Origin: Entomortierella parvispora E1425
Taxonomy: Eukaryota > Fungi > Mortierellomycota
NCBI GenBank assembly: GCA_020891255.1
Contig: BQFW01000002.1
Location: 1,178,001-1,242,000 of the forward strand
Direction: 5' to 3'
Length of the DNA stretch: 64,000 nt
Both the position numbers and the translations under genes were made by a program. Position 1 is the stretch's first letter. Every line of letters starts with the position of its first letter. Shown here piece by piece: positions 12,040-24,300 of this stretch. A model generated the notes under the pieces. That model did not search any database and was not told where the DNA came from. It saw only the letters and a program-made list of their open reading frames with translations.

Positions 12040-13766
12040 ATGAGCGACGACGACGACGATTTCATGATGGAGGAGGAGGAAGATGAAGACTACGACTTTG
12101 ATTACGAGGACGAGGACGGTGAAGAACCCGACGTGGATCTGGAAAACAAGTACTACAATGCCAAAGGTCATAAGGAAGACGAACCAGAGACAGCCTTAAT
12201 CGAGTTCCAAGGAGTGGTCGAGGCCGAGACTGAAAAGGGCGACTGGTACGGCCTCAGGGTCTTTTTTTTTTTTTTTTTTTGGGGGTCTTTGCCACCGCGT
12301 CACCAGTGCTGACGTTTTGCCATTGTCTTCCTGTCGCTGAACGTATTACAGGGGCTTCAAGGCATTGAAGCAGATGGTCAAGTTGTCTTTCAAAATGGGC
12401 AACTATGACAAGGTGAGGAAACGAATATTCTCTGCTCTGGAACTGCTTTATCTGTGCCGGGAAGGAACCCTAACAACAGCTTGGAACCACCGACCTTTTG
12501 ATATCATAGACTTTGGAGTACTATGACCAGCTTCTGCCTTACACAAAGTCAGCGGTGACAAGGAACTACAGCGAAAAGAGTATCAACAACATTTTGGACT
12601 TTATTTCGTCATCCTCCGACATGGTTTTCATGGAAAAGTTCTACCAAACCACGTTGAACTCACTGAAGGACGCCAACAATGAAGTAAGTGCAGGAATGAT
12701 ACTTCGTTGGGGCCTATGTAAGGTGAACTAGATAACACATTCTAAACCGCAGATGTACGATCTACTCTTCTTTTTTAGCGTCTATTGGTGAAGACCAACT
12801 TGAAGCTGGCCAAGCTTTGGCTTGACAGACAGGAGTATGGACGTTTGTCAAAGATTCTACGACAATTGCATGCATCCTGCCAGGCTGATGATGGCACAGA
12901 CGATCAGCGCAAGGGAACACATCTACTAGAGATCTTTGCTCTCGAGATTCAAATGTACACGGCGACCAAGAACAGCAAAAAGTTGAAGGCTCTCTACCAA
13001 CAATGTCTTTCCGTCAAGTCTGCTATCCCACATCCACGTATCATGGGTGTCATCCGAGAGTGTGGTGGCAAGATGCACATGAGCGAAAAGGAATGGGACC
13101 AGGCTCAAACGGACTTTTTCGAGTCGTTCCGCAACTACGACGAGGCTGGAAGCTACCAGCGTATCCAGGTTCTCAAGTACCTGGTTTTGGCCAACATGCT
13201 GATGGAGTCTCAGATTAACCCCTTCGATTCCCAAGAGACCAAGCCCTACAAGAACGACCCCCAGATTGTGGCAATGACCAACCTTGTGAGCGCCTACCAA
13301 CGACGGGATATTCGCGAGTTTGAAAAGATTCTCAGGGACAACAGGGCGACGATCATGGACGACCCTTTTATCCGCGCTTATATTGACGAGGTCTTGAAGA
13401 ACATCAGAACTCAGGTTCTCATTCGATTGATTAAGCCATACACCAGGATCGAGATTCCATTTATCTCGCGTCAGCTTAATATCCCGGCCCAGGATGTCGA
13501 GGATCTGTTGGTTGGACTCATTTTGGACAAGAAGGTTGCAGGACATATTGACCAAGTCAACCAACGACTGGAATTGCAACGCCAGTAAGTCGTCCATTCA
13601 TTGCTTTTGGTGCTAACCCATCCATCAGGGTTGTACAATATCGATACTGACTAGAAAGCTTGCTTGTTTTAATAGCACCATGGGCACTCTGAGATACAAC
13701 GCTATGGACAAGTGGTCGGCCAATTTGACAACCATGTACACGGCACAAATCAACAAGGTGCGCTAA
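12040..13766 (+). CDS. CSN2: COP9 signalosome subunit 2 (PCI domain)
   Basis: [55 protein letters not shown] and [12 protein letters not shown]; five exons. Confidence 0.97.
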
Positions 13767-13912
13767 GTACCGGATACACGGATCCTTTGCTGGAGAAAAT
13801 ATGTTGAAACTTCAAAGAAATTGCTGGAAATAAAGTCAGTGAAAGCAAAATATGCAGCCATGGATGGGCAATGTGTGTCTGCCTTTTTTTTATACAAGAA
13901 AGACTGCGATAT

Positions 13913-16550
13913 CTATGATGTCGCAGAGCCTTGAGAGTCGAATGCTTGATATTCTTCGCCCGTTTCCTGTGTCGAGGGATTGTTGGATGAGTGGCGAGTA
14001 GAAGGGAAGTCCATATCCGCCAGGGATTCGTTGGAGGGATTCACGACAAAAAGTCGGCCACGTGGCACAGCCAACATCTGAACATCCATCTCCAGCATGG
14101 CGTTCTCGAACCCATCCGAATAAGCTCTACCGTGAGGGGTACCTTCCTCAACATTGTACTCTTCTTCGATCGGCTTGAACTGTGTGCTCGAAGTAGCACT
14201 CGCACTAGTACCGCTGCCTGCGTCCATTCCACCATAGGACAAGTTTGAAGAAACCATCCTTGGTGACCGAGGCGATAGAGGAGGCGGGGAGCTCGACGTG
14301 AGAGGCTGCTGCAAAGGTGCAAAAACTGGGGAAAGGACCCCAGTTCTGGAGCGAGCACGATGAACGGCATCCAAAAAGATGTCCTGATCCGAGATGGCTG
14401 CGCCCGAATGAAGACCTCGCCAGCTGCTCCGGTCACTCTCGTCGTCTTCGTCGTCGACATCCCGTAACCTCTGGGATTGGGATCGATCTTGAACGTTCTT
14501 GGAGCGGACGGCGCCCAGAAATCCACCCGAAGCATTCACAATTCCTGTCCAGAGCTGCTCCATTCTTTCGGTTAAAGACGGTGGTCGGGAGGACCCCGGG
14601 GTGACAAACGCCATTCCTGTGGGTCGATAGGGGTCATTTTGACTCCTGTTGGTCAAATCACTGCCTCTCCTGTCATATCCGACACTATATACGCCTGTAC
14701 TGGGACCGTAAAAGCCGACGACCTTGGCGGCCTGTTGCATTGTCTGCTGGTTCCGTCGATAACGTCGCAGGGCAAACACGGCCACGACCGCGATAGCCGC
14801 CGCGCCAAGAATTCCACCTACCACCGGTCCCGCTTTTGACGACGAGGAAGGTTTGGGCGGGTTAGGGTCTGTACCATTGTTGGAGGGAGGTGGAGAGACC
14901 TGTGGTGGTGGTGGAGTGTATCCAGGCCAATCCTCTGGTCGCGTCGAAGTCAAAGTCAAGTTGTTGGGGGTATAGGAGCTGACCCAGCTGTTAGCCACCG
15001 TGTCCAAGATATAAAGACTATTGGAAGCACCTCCCGCAGAGAGGCCAAAACTGATAATGAGGTTGGATCCCACCATTGTCGCCGCATGAGAATACCGTCC
15101 CGTTGGTGCCGTACCTCCCATTGCTGGTTGATTCCAAGTCCATGAATTCGTGTCTGTTGTAAAGAAAAATAAAAAAATAAAAGGATGAGGAGGCATTCAA
15201 CAACGTCCTGTGAGCTTGAACAGCGATGTTTCGTCCTTTTACCGAGGATGGAAAGGTCTGCATAGTAACTAGTTGCGCCCAAGTCTGTTCCGCCATGCAC
15301 ATAGATCTGACCGTTGCTGTCTGCGCAAGAGAAAGAAGACGCATTATGACGATGACGCACAGCAGGGCGAAAACAAAAAGAAAAAAAATGGAGTCAATAG
15401 CAGCTCCAACCGGGAAACAAAAAAGAAAAAGCTGTAATGCGACTTTTTTCCTTTCGACTTTTTCTTTTACCTGCAGCCGCTACATGGTTCCTTCGTTGGG
15501 CTGGGATCGCTCCCGCAGCTGCCTGAACAGACCAAGACCCGGCAGCAGGGTCATAAACCCAGATCTCACTCATCGATACCAAAACGCCCGAGGAGATTCC
15601 TCCGATCACCACCACCAACCCATTCGACCGAAGAATTGTCGCCGTGTGGGAGGACCGATCTGTCGTCGTCAGCAAAGAGCCAGGCATCGGACTGGTGGGA
15701 CTTCTAAGCTCCTGCCACCCGACCATCCCCGGTGAGATCCCCGGTGGGGCCGATATGGGTGATGCTGATGCTGGGGGTGATGGCTGTGATGATGCCGTGG
15801 CCGTTGCTGTTCCCGTTGCTGTGGCTGTTGTCGAGTTAGTGGTTGTGGGTGGATACCCTCCCAGAGACCACAGCTCGGATGTAGATACTTCTGACGAGAG
15901 ATCCTGTGAGAGTATCATGCCCCCAAAGACAAACATAGTACCGTCGCCCAGCCGTGTCACTGCCGCATGATACTCTCTCCTCGGTGGATCCTTGACCTGG
16001 GCTGGGGGTGTAGTCCACTGTCCTGTGAGGGTATTGTAGAGATTCAACGACCCTGATCCAGTCGTTGACGAGAATGAGGTATTGCCGCCATAGATCCCCA
16101 AGAGGCTATTCCCGCTTCCCAGGAGACTGGCTGAATGAAAGGTGGCGTAGGGTCCCGCATTGAGTTGGACCCAAGGGACTGAGAAGCCATTAAAGGCCGT
16201 TGACACGTCAAGAGAATAAATATCGGATCCGATGGGGGCTGAGAGCGGGTTCACGCCTGTATGTCCTCCGTGGATGTAGAGAGTCTGTCCGCACAGGACC
16301 TATTGGTTTTTTTTTTGGAATGAAAGAAAATAAATGAGCGCTACGCTGCTGCAATATTCCATGCAAGGGTATTTTCTCGCAGTCCAGCAGCAAATATGAG
16401 AGAGCGATAAGACCTTGGCCTTACGGAGACATGACCCCACCGAGAGGGTGGGATCACTATTGTTTGAACAGTAAGGGCGAGTATTGAGCAACCGATGACG
16501 ACCAAGAGGCGCCTTCTTAGCCGCCGTCTGGAGCAGATATCTTTCCGCAT
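13913..16550 (-). CDS. Kelch-repeat type I membrane protein (signal peptide, kelch propeller, S/T/P linker, TM helix, cytosolic tail)
   Basis: PSRWGHVS|VLCGQTLYIHGG after splicing; PPRREYHAA, RSSHTAT, QRRNHVA and GRYSHAATMVG repeats; TM segment VVGGILGAAAIAVVAVFAL followed by RRYRR. Four exons. Confidence 0.85.
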
Positions 16551-16559
16551 GCGTAGAGT

Positions 16560-16612
16560 GAAGGGAAGGCGACGAAGGGAAGGCGACGAAGGGAAGGAGA
16601 CGAAGGGAAGGA
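16560..16612. repeat. 14-bp tandem repeat (GAAGGGAAGGCGAC x~4) in the kelch gene 5' leader
   Basis: Directly visible; lies 10 nt upstream of the ATG at 16550. Confidence 0.85.
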
Positions 16613-17058
16613 CAGGAGGAGCGGCCCGATAGCACAAGAATGAAGAGAAGGAAGAACGGAAGTGAGAGAGTGGGGATGAAGGTAGAGGGCAGGAAAGGAA
16701 AGAAGAGAGGGATGGTCAACAACGGACAGAGGGAGGACAAATAGTGCCAGGCACAGACTGACAGGCACCGTTCATGTCACAAAGGAGATATTTCACCCAA
16801 AAAAAGGGGCCATTCGAGCGTCGGTCTTCTGACTGTCTTGCCTGCTTCCCTGCTGTTCTTCTTCCTCTTCGGCTTACTCTTCTTGTGCAAGGTGACCCCC
16901 TCTTCCCTCATCTTTGCCCTGTGCACTTCAGCCCTGAAGAACTATGATGGCGTTTTGGACATTTGGATATATTCAGAACATCAGCTATTATATGTTAAAT
17001 ATAATTTTACTCTTGCAGGAATCCACTCTATGTATGTTCGTTCCATGCTTGTTCACCT

Positions 17059-19073
17059 TCAGACAGTGTCCCAATCGTGGGTCTTGGGATCGACGGTCTC
17101 GCCGTTGTTTATCCGATCCCCATCCGCACGCGCCACCTTGTCAATACCAACATATCCATTTGCCAGGGTCTTTGATTTGTTGTCCAGGGTCTGGACAGGT
17201 CCTCCGGCCAAACAGCTCTCTCTGAAGTCCCATTCAGGATCACGTGGCTCCAACTCGAGCTCATGGCTCGAGGTCAAGCCCAAGTCCAGGAGAACCTGGA
17301 TCATAGCCTCGTTGTCAAGTGTAAACCGCTCTCGATGTTGTTGGTGGCCGCCTCCCCCCATCCAGTAGCCGAATTTCAAATAACGCTCAATGCCTTCGTT
17401 CTTGTTCCTGTAGAGACCGCCATTCCACCAAAGGGGCTGACCCTTGTAATCCTGGTGCAGCTGGGCTCCACAAACAGATTGGTCATTGTCTGGTCGAAGT
17501 TCTCCTATCACTCCTCCATAGTTTCGCATGAACGCGTAAGGCTCCTGAATCATTTCAAATCCAGTCCAGAACGTTTCCTTGTCTCCATGGAAATACTGGT
17601 AGCTGTAGAGGTCTCGCTCCCACTTGGAATTCATCTTGCAGACGGACATGAGTCCCACAAAGCGCGTCCTTTTGTTGATCAGGACCACACCAGACTCTTG
17701 CTCATGTTGAGACAGCATATTGAACATCCTGGAGGTTGGAGGGAAGGAGGACATGATGGGCATGATCGACTTTAGCCAATCAGATTGATGAGAAGTCCCC
17801 TCAAACAATGTCCTGTCATAAAAGAACAAGGCCCCAGTCGCCTTGTATCCAGGATCATCAAACAGCACCACTGGATCCTAGATTGATCAAAGAGTTTCAT
17901 GCTGTTCAGTTTCGGGAGAATCTCCCGGTGACTTTTTTTTTTTTTTTTTTTTTTTTTCGGATAGACGGTCATCACGGGGTATCGTTACCTGCAAAAAGTA
18001 AGCGTCAGCGTCCACAAACATGACTTCCTCAAAACTGGAAGCAAGCAGCGCGTATGGCTTGATGGCCCAGCCTCCAAGCTTCATATGCTCATTGTCCAAG
18101 ACCTGAGTGACATCGACCAACTCGATATCCTTGGCCATGTTCTTCAGATATTCCTGTCGATCGACTGAAAGATCCCCCTCGCCCATATGAAACACCTGGA
18201 TTGGCAAGGTGGACTTCAGTCGACTCCTCAAGGCCTGAATAGCCGTCACCACAAATTCAAACTGGCCATTGCCTGCACAAAACACCAGCCCTTTGCCGCT
18301 GTAGGTCGTGTGGAGTGAGAATGATGTCCTCCGTGCATGGTGGACCCAAGGATAGAGTCGTCTCTCCAGTCTCAAAAAGAAATCCACCTCGGGCTGTGTT
18401 TTGGCCAATTGCACCAGTCGACGTTCCTTATCCCGGTCCCCTCCTGAAAAGGATTGGTAAATGGGGTAGACATGATTCCAGAGCGATTTATACAGCCTCT
18501 CTGCCCGGGACATTGCTGCCATGTCCAGTCTTTGTGGTTGCTCTGAGAGATCCTCATTTTTGTGGTATTCCAGTCGAAGCATCTCGGACATGAGGTTGAA
18601 TCCCATGGCCGTATCCAGCATGGCTGTATCCTCCTTGGTCCACGGTGGGATTGTCTGCGGGATAGCAACGTCGTGAGTCAAGTACAGATCTGCCGGGACC
18701 TATGGTAGACAAAATGGGAGCAGCGTTAGAATGTCATGCATGATCTACTCTTCGATGCGGCCAAAGACGGATATTCTCTTGTCGTTTTCATCTGATGAAA
18801 TATAAATCATGCCTGAAAGGTGCTCAAGGGCACGCGCTTCTTGGTCTCTTCTACTGGGGTCTTTGGTGGGTATTGATCCTGAGGCTCTTGTTCATGCTGG
18901 TGCGACTGTGGCTGTTTGGTGCGATCATCTTGATCTGTTTCCTGCCGCCCCAGCGAACTACGGTGATCCAATTCCGCCACTGTCGTGTATTGAAGAGTAA
19001 AGCCGATCAGACAAAGGACTGCCAGCAGTCCAATGAGCAACTTGACGGCCGGTGACCGTGGAAGAGTCAGCAT
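17059..19073 (-). CDS. Alpha-1,3-mannosyltransferase family (GT71, MNN1/MNT-like), type II membrane protein
   Basis: N-terminal TM anchor; GGWAIKPYALLASSFEEVMFVDAD (DXD motif), LFFYDRT, QESGVVLINK and HGDKETFW. Three exons. Confidence 0.9.
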
Positions 19074-19595
19074 GTGAAATGAGATGCAAGACTATGGCGT
19101 AATGAATGAGAGATGGATGATGTCAATGAAATGTGGATGGATGGAAGGAAACCAGGAAGGAGGGTTTGGAGAATCAAAATGAGCCGCGGAAATGTGGGCC
19201 GTTGGGCTCGTTTTGAGCACAAGCGCAATATGTAAATGCTGCCAAAATTTAATGTCAAGGCTCTTGTGTGATTCCGATCAGCACGTCCATTCATCGGATT
19301 TTTCTTTTCTTCTCCTTCCCTTCCTGTCTCCACTTCCTCCTTCCTTCGCTCTCTTCTTCCCAACACATATCAAGCCCAAAGTGGTAGTGAGGAGTTTATT
19401 GAAATGCACATTATACAGAGGGCGGTATATGGATCAGTGAGGGGCGTAACTGAAGAAAAAAGGACGTACGGGAGAAGAAAACAAATAGTAAAGAAAAAGG
19501 GAAAGAAAAGTACAACTGGGGGAACGAACAAATGAAAAGCCATTCGTCTTATCCCGTCATCATCATCGGTTATCGTTTGCTATGTCTGTCCCCGC

Positions 19596-20770
19596 TTATT
19601 CCGTGCGCTGCTTCTTGGACTCTGCCACTCTCTCGTATTCGGAGCGCAGGGACTCGAAATCCCGCTTCAACTGTTCGTGCTGTGCGTGCAGTTCACGCAG
19701 GGCACTCTGCGCCAAGTTCTTGTCCAGCAGTGCCTTCTCACGCTCTACGACCAAGGCGGTCACAGACTCAACCTCAGAACTCAGCTTGTCGTGCGTCTCC
19801 TGGATAGAATGGATGTACTTCACAGCCTGGCGGAGAATGGCTCCCTTGTTCTTCTCGCTGCTGGGCACAACCTTGGCCAGCTCATTGATGCCCTCGTTGA
19901 TAGTCTCACGTCGACGACGCTCCACCTCCTTGTGGTTGTCCCGGCGGATCTTGGCCCACTCCTCTGTTCCAGGTAAGGGCTTGGTAGTAGGAGCTTCAAC
20001 AGGGCTATGTTGTGTCGCAACCAAAAAGGAGAGCGGAAGGGGGAAGAAAAAAAAAAGTAAGTCTTGACGTGCTCACTCAATTTCACCAATGTGCACGCGC
20101 CAATCCCACACGCGTTTACGAATTTTCCCTTCCGACTCCAGCTGACGATAAGGCAATAGCACTTTGGGCAAAGGCAAAAAAAACTCCACTCCACTTCGCA
20201 TGTGCAATTGGAACGCTGCCGTTGTTACTGTCAAGATACTTGCCTTGGTGCTCGTGGGATAGCCACAGTGGCCAGGGTGCTGCTATCGTTGCCATCTAGG
20301 GCATCCATGTGGATGACCTGGTGCCCGGGGGCTGACGCAACCAGGGGGGCCGAGACCAGAGGGGCTGCGGCTGAGACAACCTCTTGGGCAGCCATCTCCT
20401 CGCGGTGTTGCTCTGCGATACGGGTGAGCTCGTCATGGCCGAGCTGGTCAGCGCTGACTTGATGTTGTTGCTGCTCAACCACAGCCTGTGCCACTGCCTG
20501 GGCTTCCGCCTCTGCCCTCGCCTTTTGAGCGGCTGTGTGCTGGGCAATAACGGCAGTGAAGGTCTGGTTCATATCCATATCTTTCATGTCCTTCATATCC
20601 TTCATGGAGTTTGTCTATCAGCAGCAGCAAAAGATTATCATTAATACAGGCTATTTTCGCTGCAAGAGACGATGTCGCAATTCTTCGTATATATCATGCT
20701 CTAGGCAATAGTTCCTTACCAATTCATTGAGCACCTCTTGCACATTGTGAATCTCGGCTGAGGATGTCAT
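19596..20770 (-). CDS. CBF1: bHLH(-ZIP) transcription factor, Cbf1/USF-like
   Basis: KPLPGTEEWAKIRRDNHKEVERRRRETINEGINELAKVVP..KNKGAILRQAVKYI is the fungal Cbf1 signature. Exons 20770-20720, about 20614-20244 and 20004-19596; the second intron needs a GC donor. Confidence 0.9.
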
Positions 20771-21269
20771 GGTTGATGGAAGTATGTTGTTTTTCTTGTT
20801 GCTGTGGGGATGGGGGGGAAGCTGGATGGAATGTCAGTTTTACTGTGCAATTGATGCATGTTTTGTTGAAGGCAGCAAACACTCTGCCCGTTTTGCAGTC
20901 CTCTCCCTTTCTCTCTTCTCTCTGCTCTCTGCAGTCCACTCAGGTCTTCATCTGCTGTTGCCCCAGACCAATGGCGCAGTCAGAGACATGGACCATCTGT
21001 TCCATGCAGAAGAGAGAAGGAGCGATAAAGGGGAGTATGGAGACCAGCAGGAGCGGTGGAAGAGTATCTCAACTCGAACAGAACGGGAGGCGCACAGTCT
21101 GGTCGGCCTCTCTATGTCTGTCTGTCCAGTTCTTGGGCTTTCTTTCTTACCTTTGGGCTTGCCTTGAGGTCACGAGTTTTTTTGGGGAGGAAAGGACAAA
21201 AAAATCACGGGGACGGAACGAGATCACGCTTTTTCTTGGAACGGGGGCTAAGTTGGGTGGCTTAGAAAT

Positions 21270-21279
21270 ATCACGTGAT
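21270..21279. promoter_or_regulatory. Palindromic E-box/CDEI-type site ATCACGTGAT
   Basis: Matches RTCACGTG on both strands; about 500 bp upstream of the CBF1 ATG. Confidence 0.5.
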
Positions 21280-21345
21280 TCTTTGTGCCCAGAACCTCGT
21301 TTATTTTTATTTTTTATTTTGGTCGAGCTTTTTTATTTTTTATTT

Positions 21346-24300
21346 TCATGCTCCATCGAGCACAAGGCGCTCAAGGGTCGAGACCTTCGTGGCGGCACTA
21401 GCCTCTTTTGGGAGCGTAGTGGCCGTGCCCAGAACAGGAGGAGACGGCGAGTGAGAGGTGCTCTTGGGTCCAATGTCCTCGTCCAGGTCGCACTTGGGCT
21501 TCCCATGCCTCTGCCCCTTCTCTTCGAGACCTCTTGGTTCGAGACCTCTTGGTTCAGGCTGGGTCGGCGTGGACGGACGCATTGTCTGTGGGTCCATATT
21601 CTGAAAATCTCCGTCCTGAGGCACCTTGCATGGAGCAGCGGTCGAGTCAATAGATCCAGGTGAGACTGTCCTGGGACTCTTGCTTGGGGTGCTCAAAGTC
21701 TTGGGGCTGGCCCTCAATGATTGGCTGAGATGACTACTATCGCCACTGTCGCTTCCTCCTTCTTGACTATCATCTTCAAACAGGCTCCTGCTAATTCGGC
21801 TGATCTTCGAGTCAAAGGGCTTGGAAATGAGATCTGCCGGACCCTCAGATCTGGTGACAATGGGTGGAGCCGGCAGGTCATCCTGCAGAAGAGGCCCACC
21901 TGGCCAACCAAGAAAAGAGGGATCTTCTGACCTTTGGCTCCCCTCTTCCTCCTCCTCCTCAGTGTCAGTCGTTATCGTGCTGGACGCGTATCCTGAACGA
22001 CGCAGCTGACTGGTCATTCTAACTGCAGAGGACCCCTTTGCTGGGGAAATTGGTATTGAAAGCGACTCTCTCCTGACGGAATTCGGGCTATCCTTTGGGG
22101 TAGTGGTGGCCGTGGCTGTTTTCCTACTCGCAGGAGATCGCATGGATGGGCTGTCAAGGATCAGAGTATATTCGCCATCAATGGGATCGTATTCCCGCAC
22201 AATATGTGATGTTCTCTCGCCCATCCCTGTTGAGGACGAAGTGGCGCTCGAGATGCCTCGCTGATGGCGCCCGTCCTGAACACTATCGATTCCAAGACCA
22301 GTGACTGGATGCAAGATAGAATCAAACTCGTGCTGCTCGTGTGAAATAACAAAAAGGTCGTTCAGCTTCTCTTGATCAAGCCGATCATGCCTCCTGCGAC
22401 TCAAAAATTTGGACCGATAAAGCATAGATTGACTATGAATGAAAAAAAAAAAGTTCAGTTCTAAGGATACTCGGCAGATAGGGCAGAAAAATCATATACA
22501 TTCTCTCCACTTACACAGGCGATGTTGTCAGCAAAGTCTCCATCAGATATCGAATGTTGGGCAGAGTTTGACGCAGGTCCATAAACTGAAGCCCTTGGGA
22601 ATTCATCAGCTAAATGAACAAAAAAATCCAAAAATATATTAGCGAGATTTTCAATGAATGATTTTTGTCCACAGCAAGTCTGTGGAAACAGAAAGTCTCC
22701 TATGAGCAGGTACCTGTTCGATATCCTTATTCAAAAGAAACACGCCATATTCAAATCGCAGTCTATCTTGACCTTTTCCATATAATGGGAAACTATTGTA
22801 AAGCAAGGGGGGTTGACATTAGACATGTTTTATCGTTCGGTGATAATAGCCCAAACAAAACTCACTCTTTGGGCCCAACAAGGAGCGAAACGGGGTCCAA
22901 CACTGAGGCTCGTGAGCCCATAGGGATTAGTGGATAACGCAAAGGTACGCAAAGGTAATGCGCCAACATGGTCACGAGATGACAAGTCAGTCCAAGTGCA
23001 ATAGAGACCATGTCCTCATCAGCACCTACAAAAACAAAAAAAAAAATGTCAGTCGCCATATCTCCACGCCAGATTGCATCAAAGGGGAAGCAAAAGGCCA
23101 CAGCCAAGTACAGTACCGAAATAGACTGAGTTGGGGAGCGGCACTTTGCAAATTGTCAAGAGATCCGGGTCGTGTTCGCTCTGCAGAATAATATTTCAAA
23201 ACGACAAAATCTACTGTCAGTTGCTGCTCCCATGATCAAATCCAAGGCACGCCAGAGGGAAAATATAGATAAAAATACCTCCGTAATAGGGAAAATAGTG
23301 AACAACGTCGCAATGAGCTCTGTCCGTTTTGTAGAGTACTCTTTGAGGTTGCTGAATAGACTCTCCTTATTCTTTGTGAGATTCACAATACTCTCGTCCA
23401 AGTACATTTCCTGCGTTTGTCCTCGCTCCTTGGAATCTGCAAGAGCCTGATGACGCTCTGCAAGTTTTTGCCTAAGCGCCGCCGCCTTTTCCTGGGCTTT
23501 GTAAATTAAGAATAGGTAGGTCAGCCTCGTGTCTTTCTGTCCCATCAAGGAAGGGTCCAATTGAATAATTCAAGCCGTACCTTGCTCAAGCGCATTCAGC
23601 TCATGACCTAACTGTCGCTGCAAGTGCCATAGCCGCTCTGTGTATTCTCCTTTGCGCTTTTGCTGAAAGATAGAAAAATTCAATGTTAGGATTTGCTCGC
23701 GTTTTTGCCTTGATAGGTCTGTATCCTAGTGTTTACCATGATTAGTGGCGCGTTCTCCTTGCTCAATGCCAGGTCAATATTGTGCTTAATTTCATCTCTT
23801 GATTTCTTGGTGTCGGCAATGCACTCGTGCAAATTGTTGAGTCGTGTCGCAGACTCGTAGGTATAAGATTGCTTTGCTCTTGGCCCCAGTGCTGCTCCGC
23901 CACTAGCTGATATGTGTGGGTGATCCGTCACGTCGTCTTCGTCAGGCGCAGTATAAAAGCCGTCGTCGAATCGAATGAGAACCGTGTTATTTGGTAGTCC
24001 CACTGGAATATCCCTCAGCCCCTTTCCAACAAACTGTAAGCAGCAGAGATCCACTTTCCACTCGAGAAGTGGATAGAAATCCGACTCTTTGCATCCTGCC
24101 CATATCCGAATGGTAACACTGCTTGATCTGCGCTTTGTTGGGTCCGAAAATAGGTAGTCTTCCAGTGGATTATAGTTGGGATTCTACAGCAACATAGAAT
24201 AGAATAAAAAAAATAAAAAATACAATAGAATTAATACCAACATCTCCCAAGTCAGTTGCTGTCCACGAGAAAGGGTCAGTAATGCCTACATTGGATCGCA

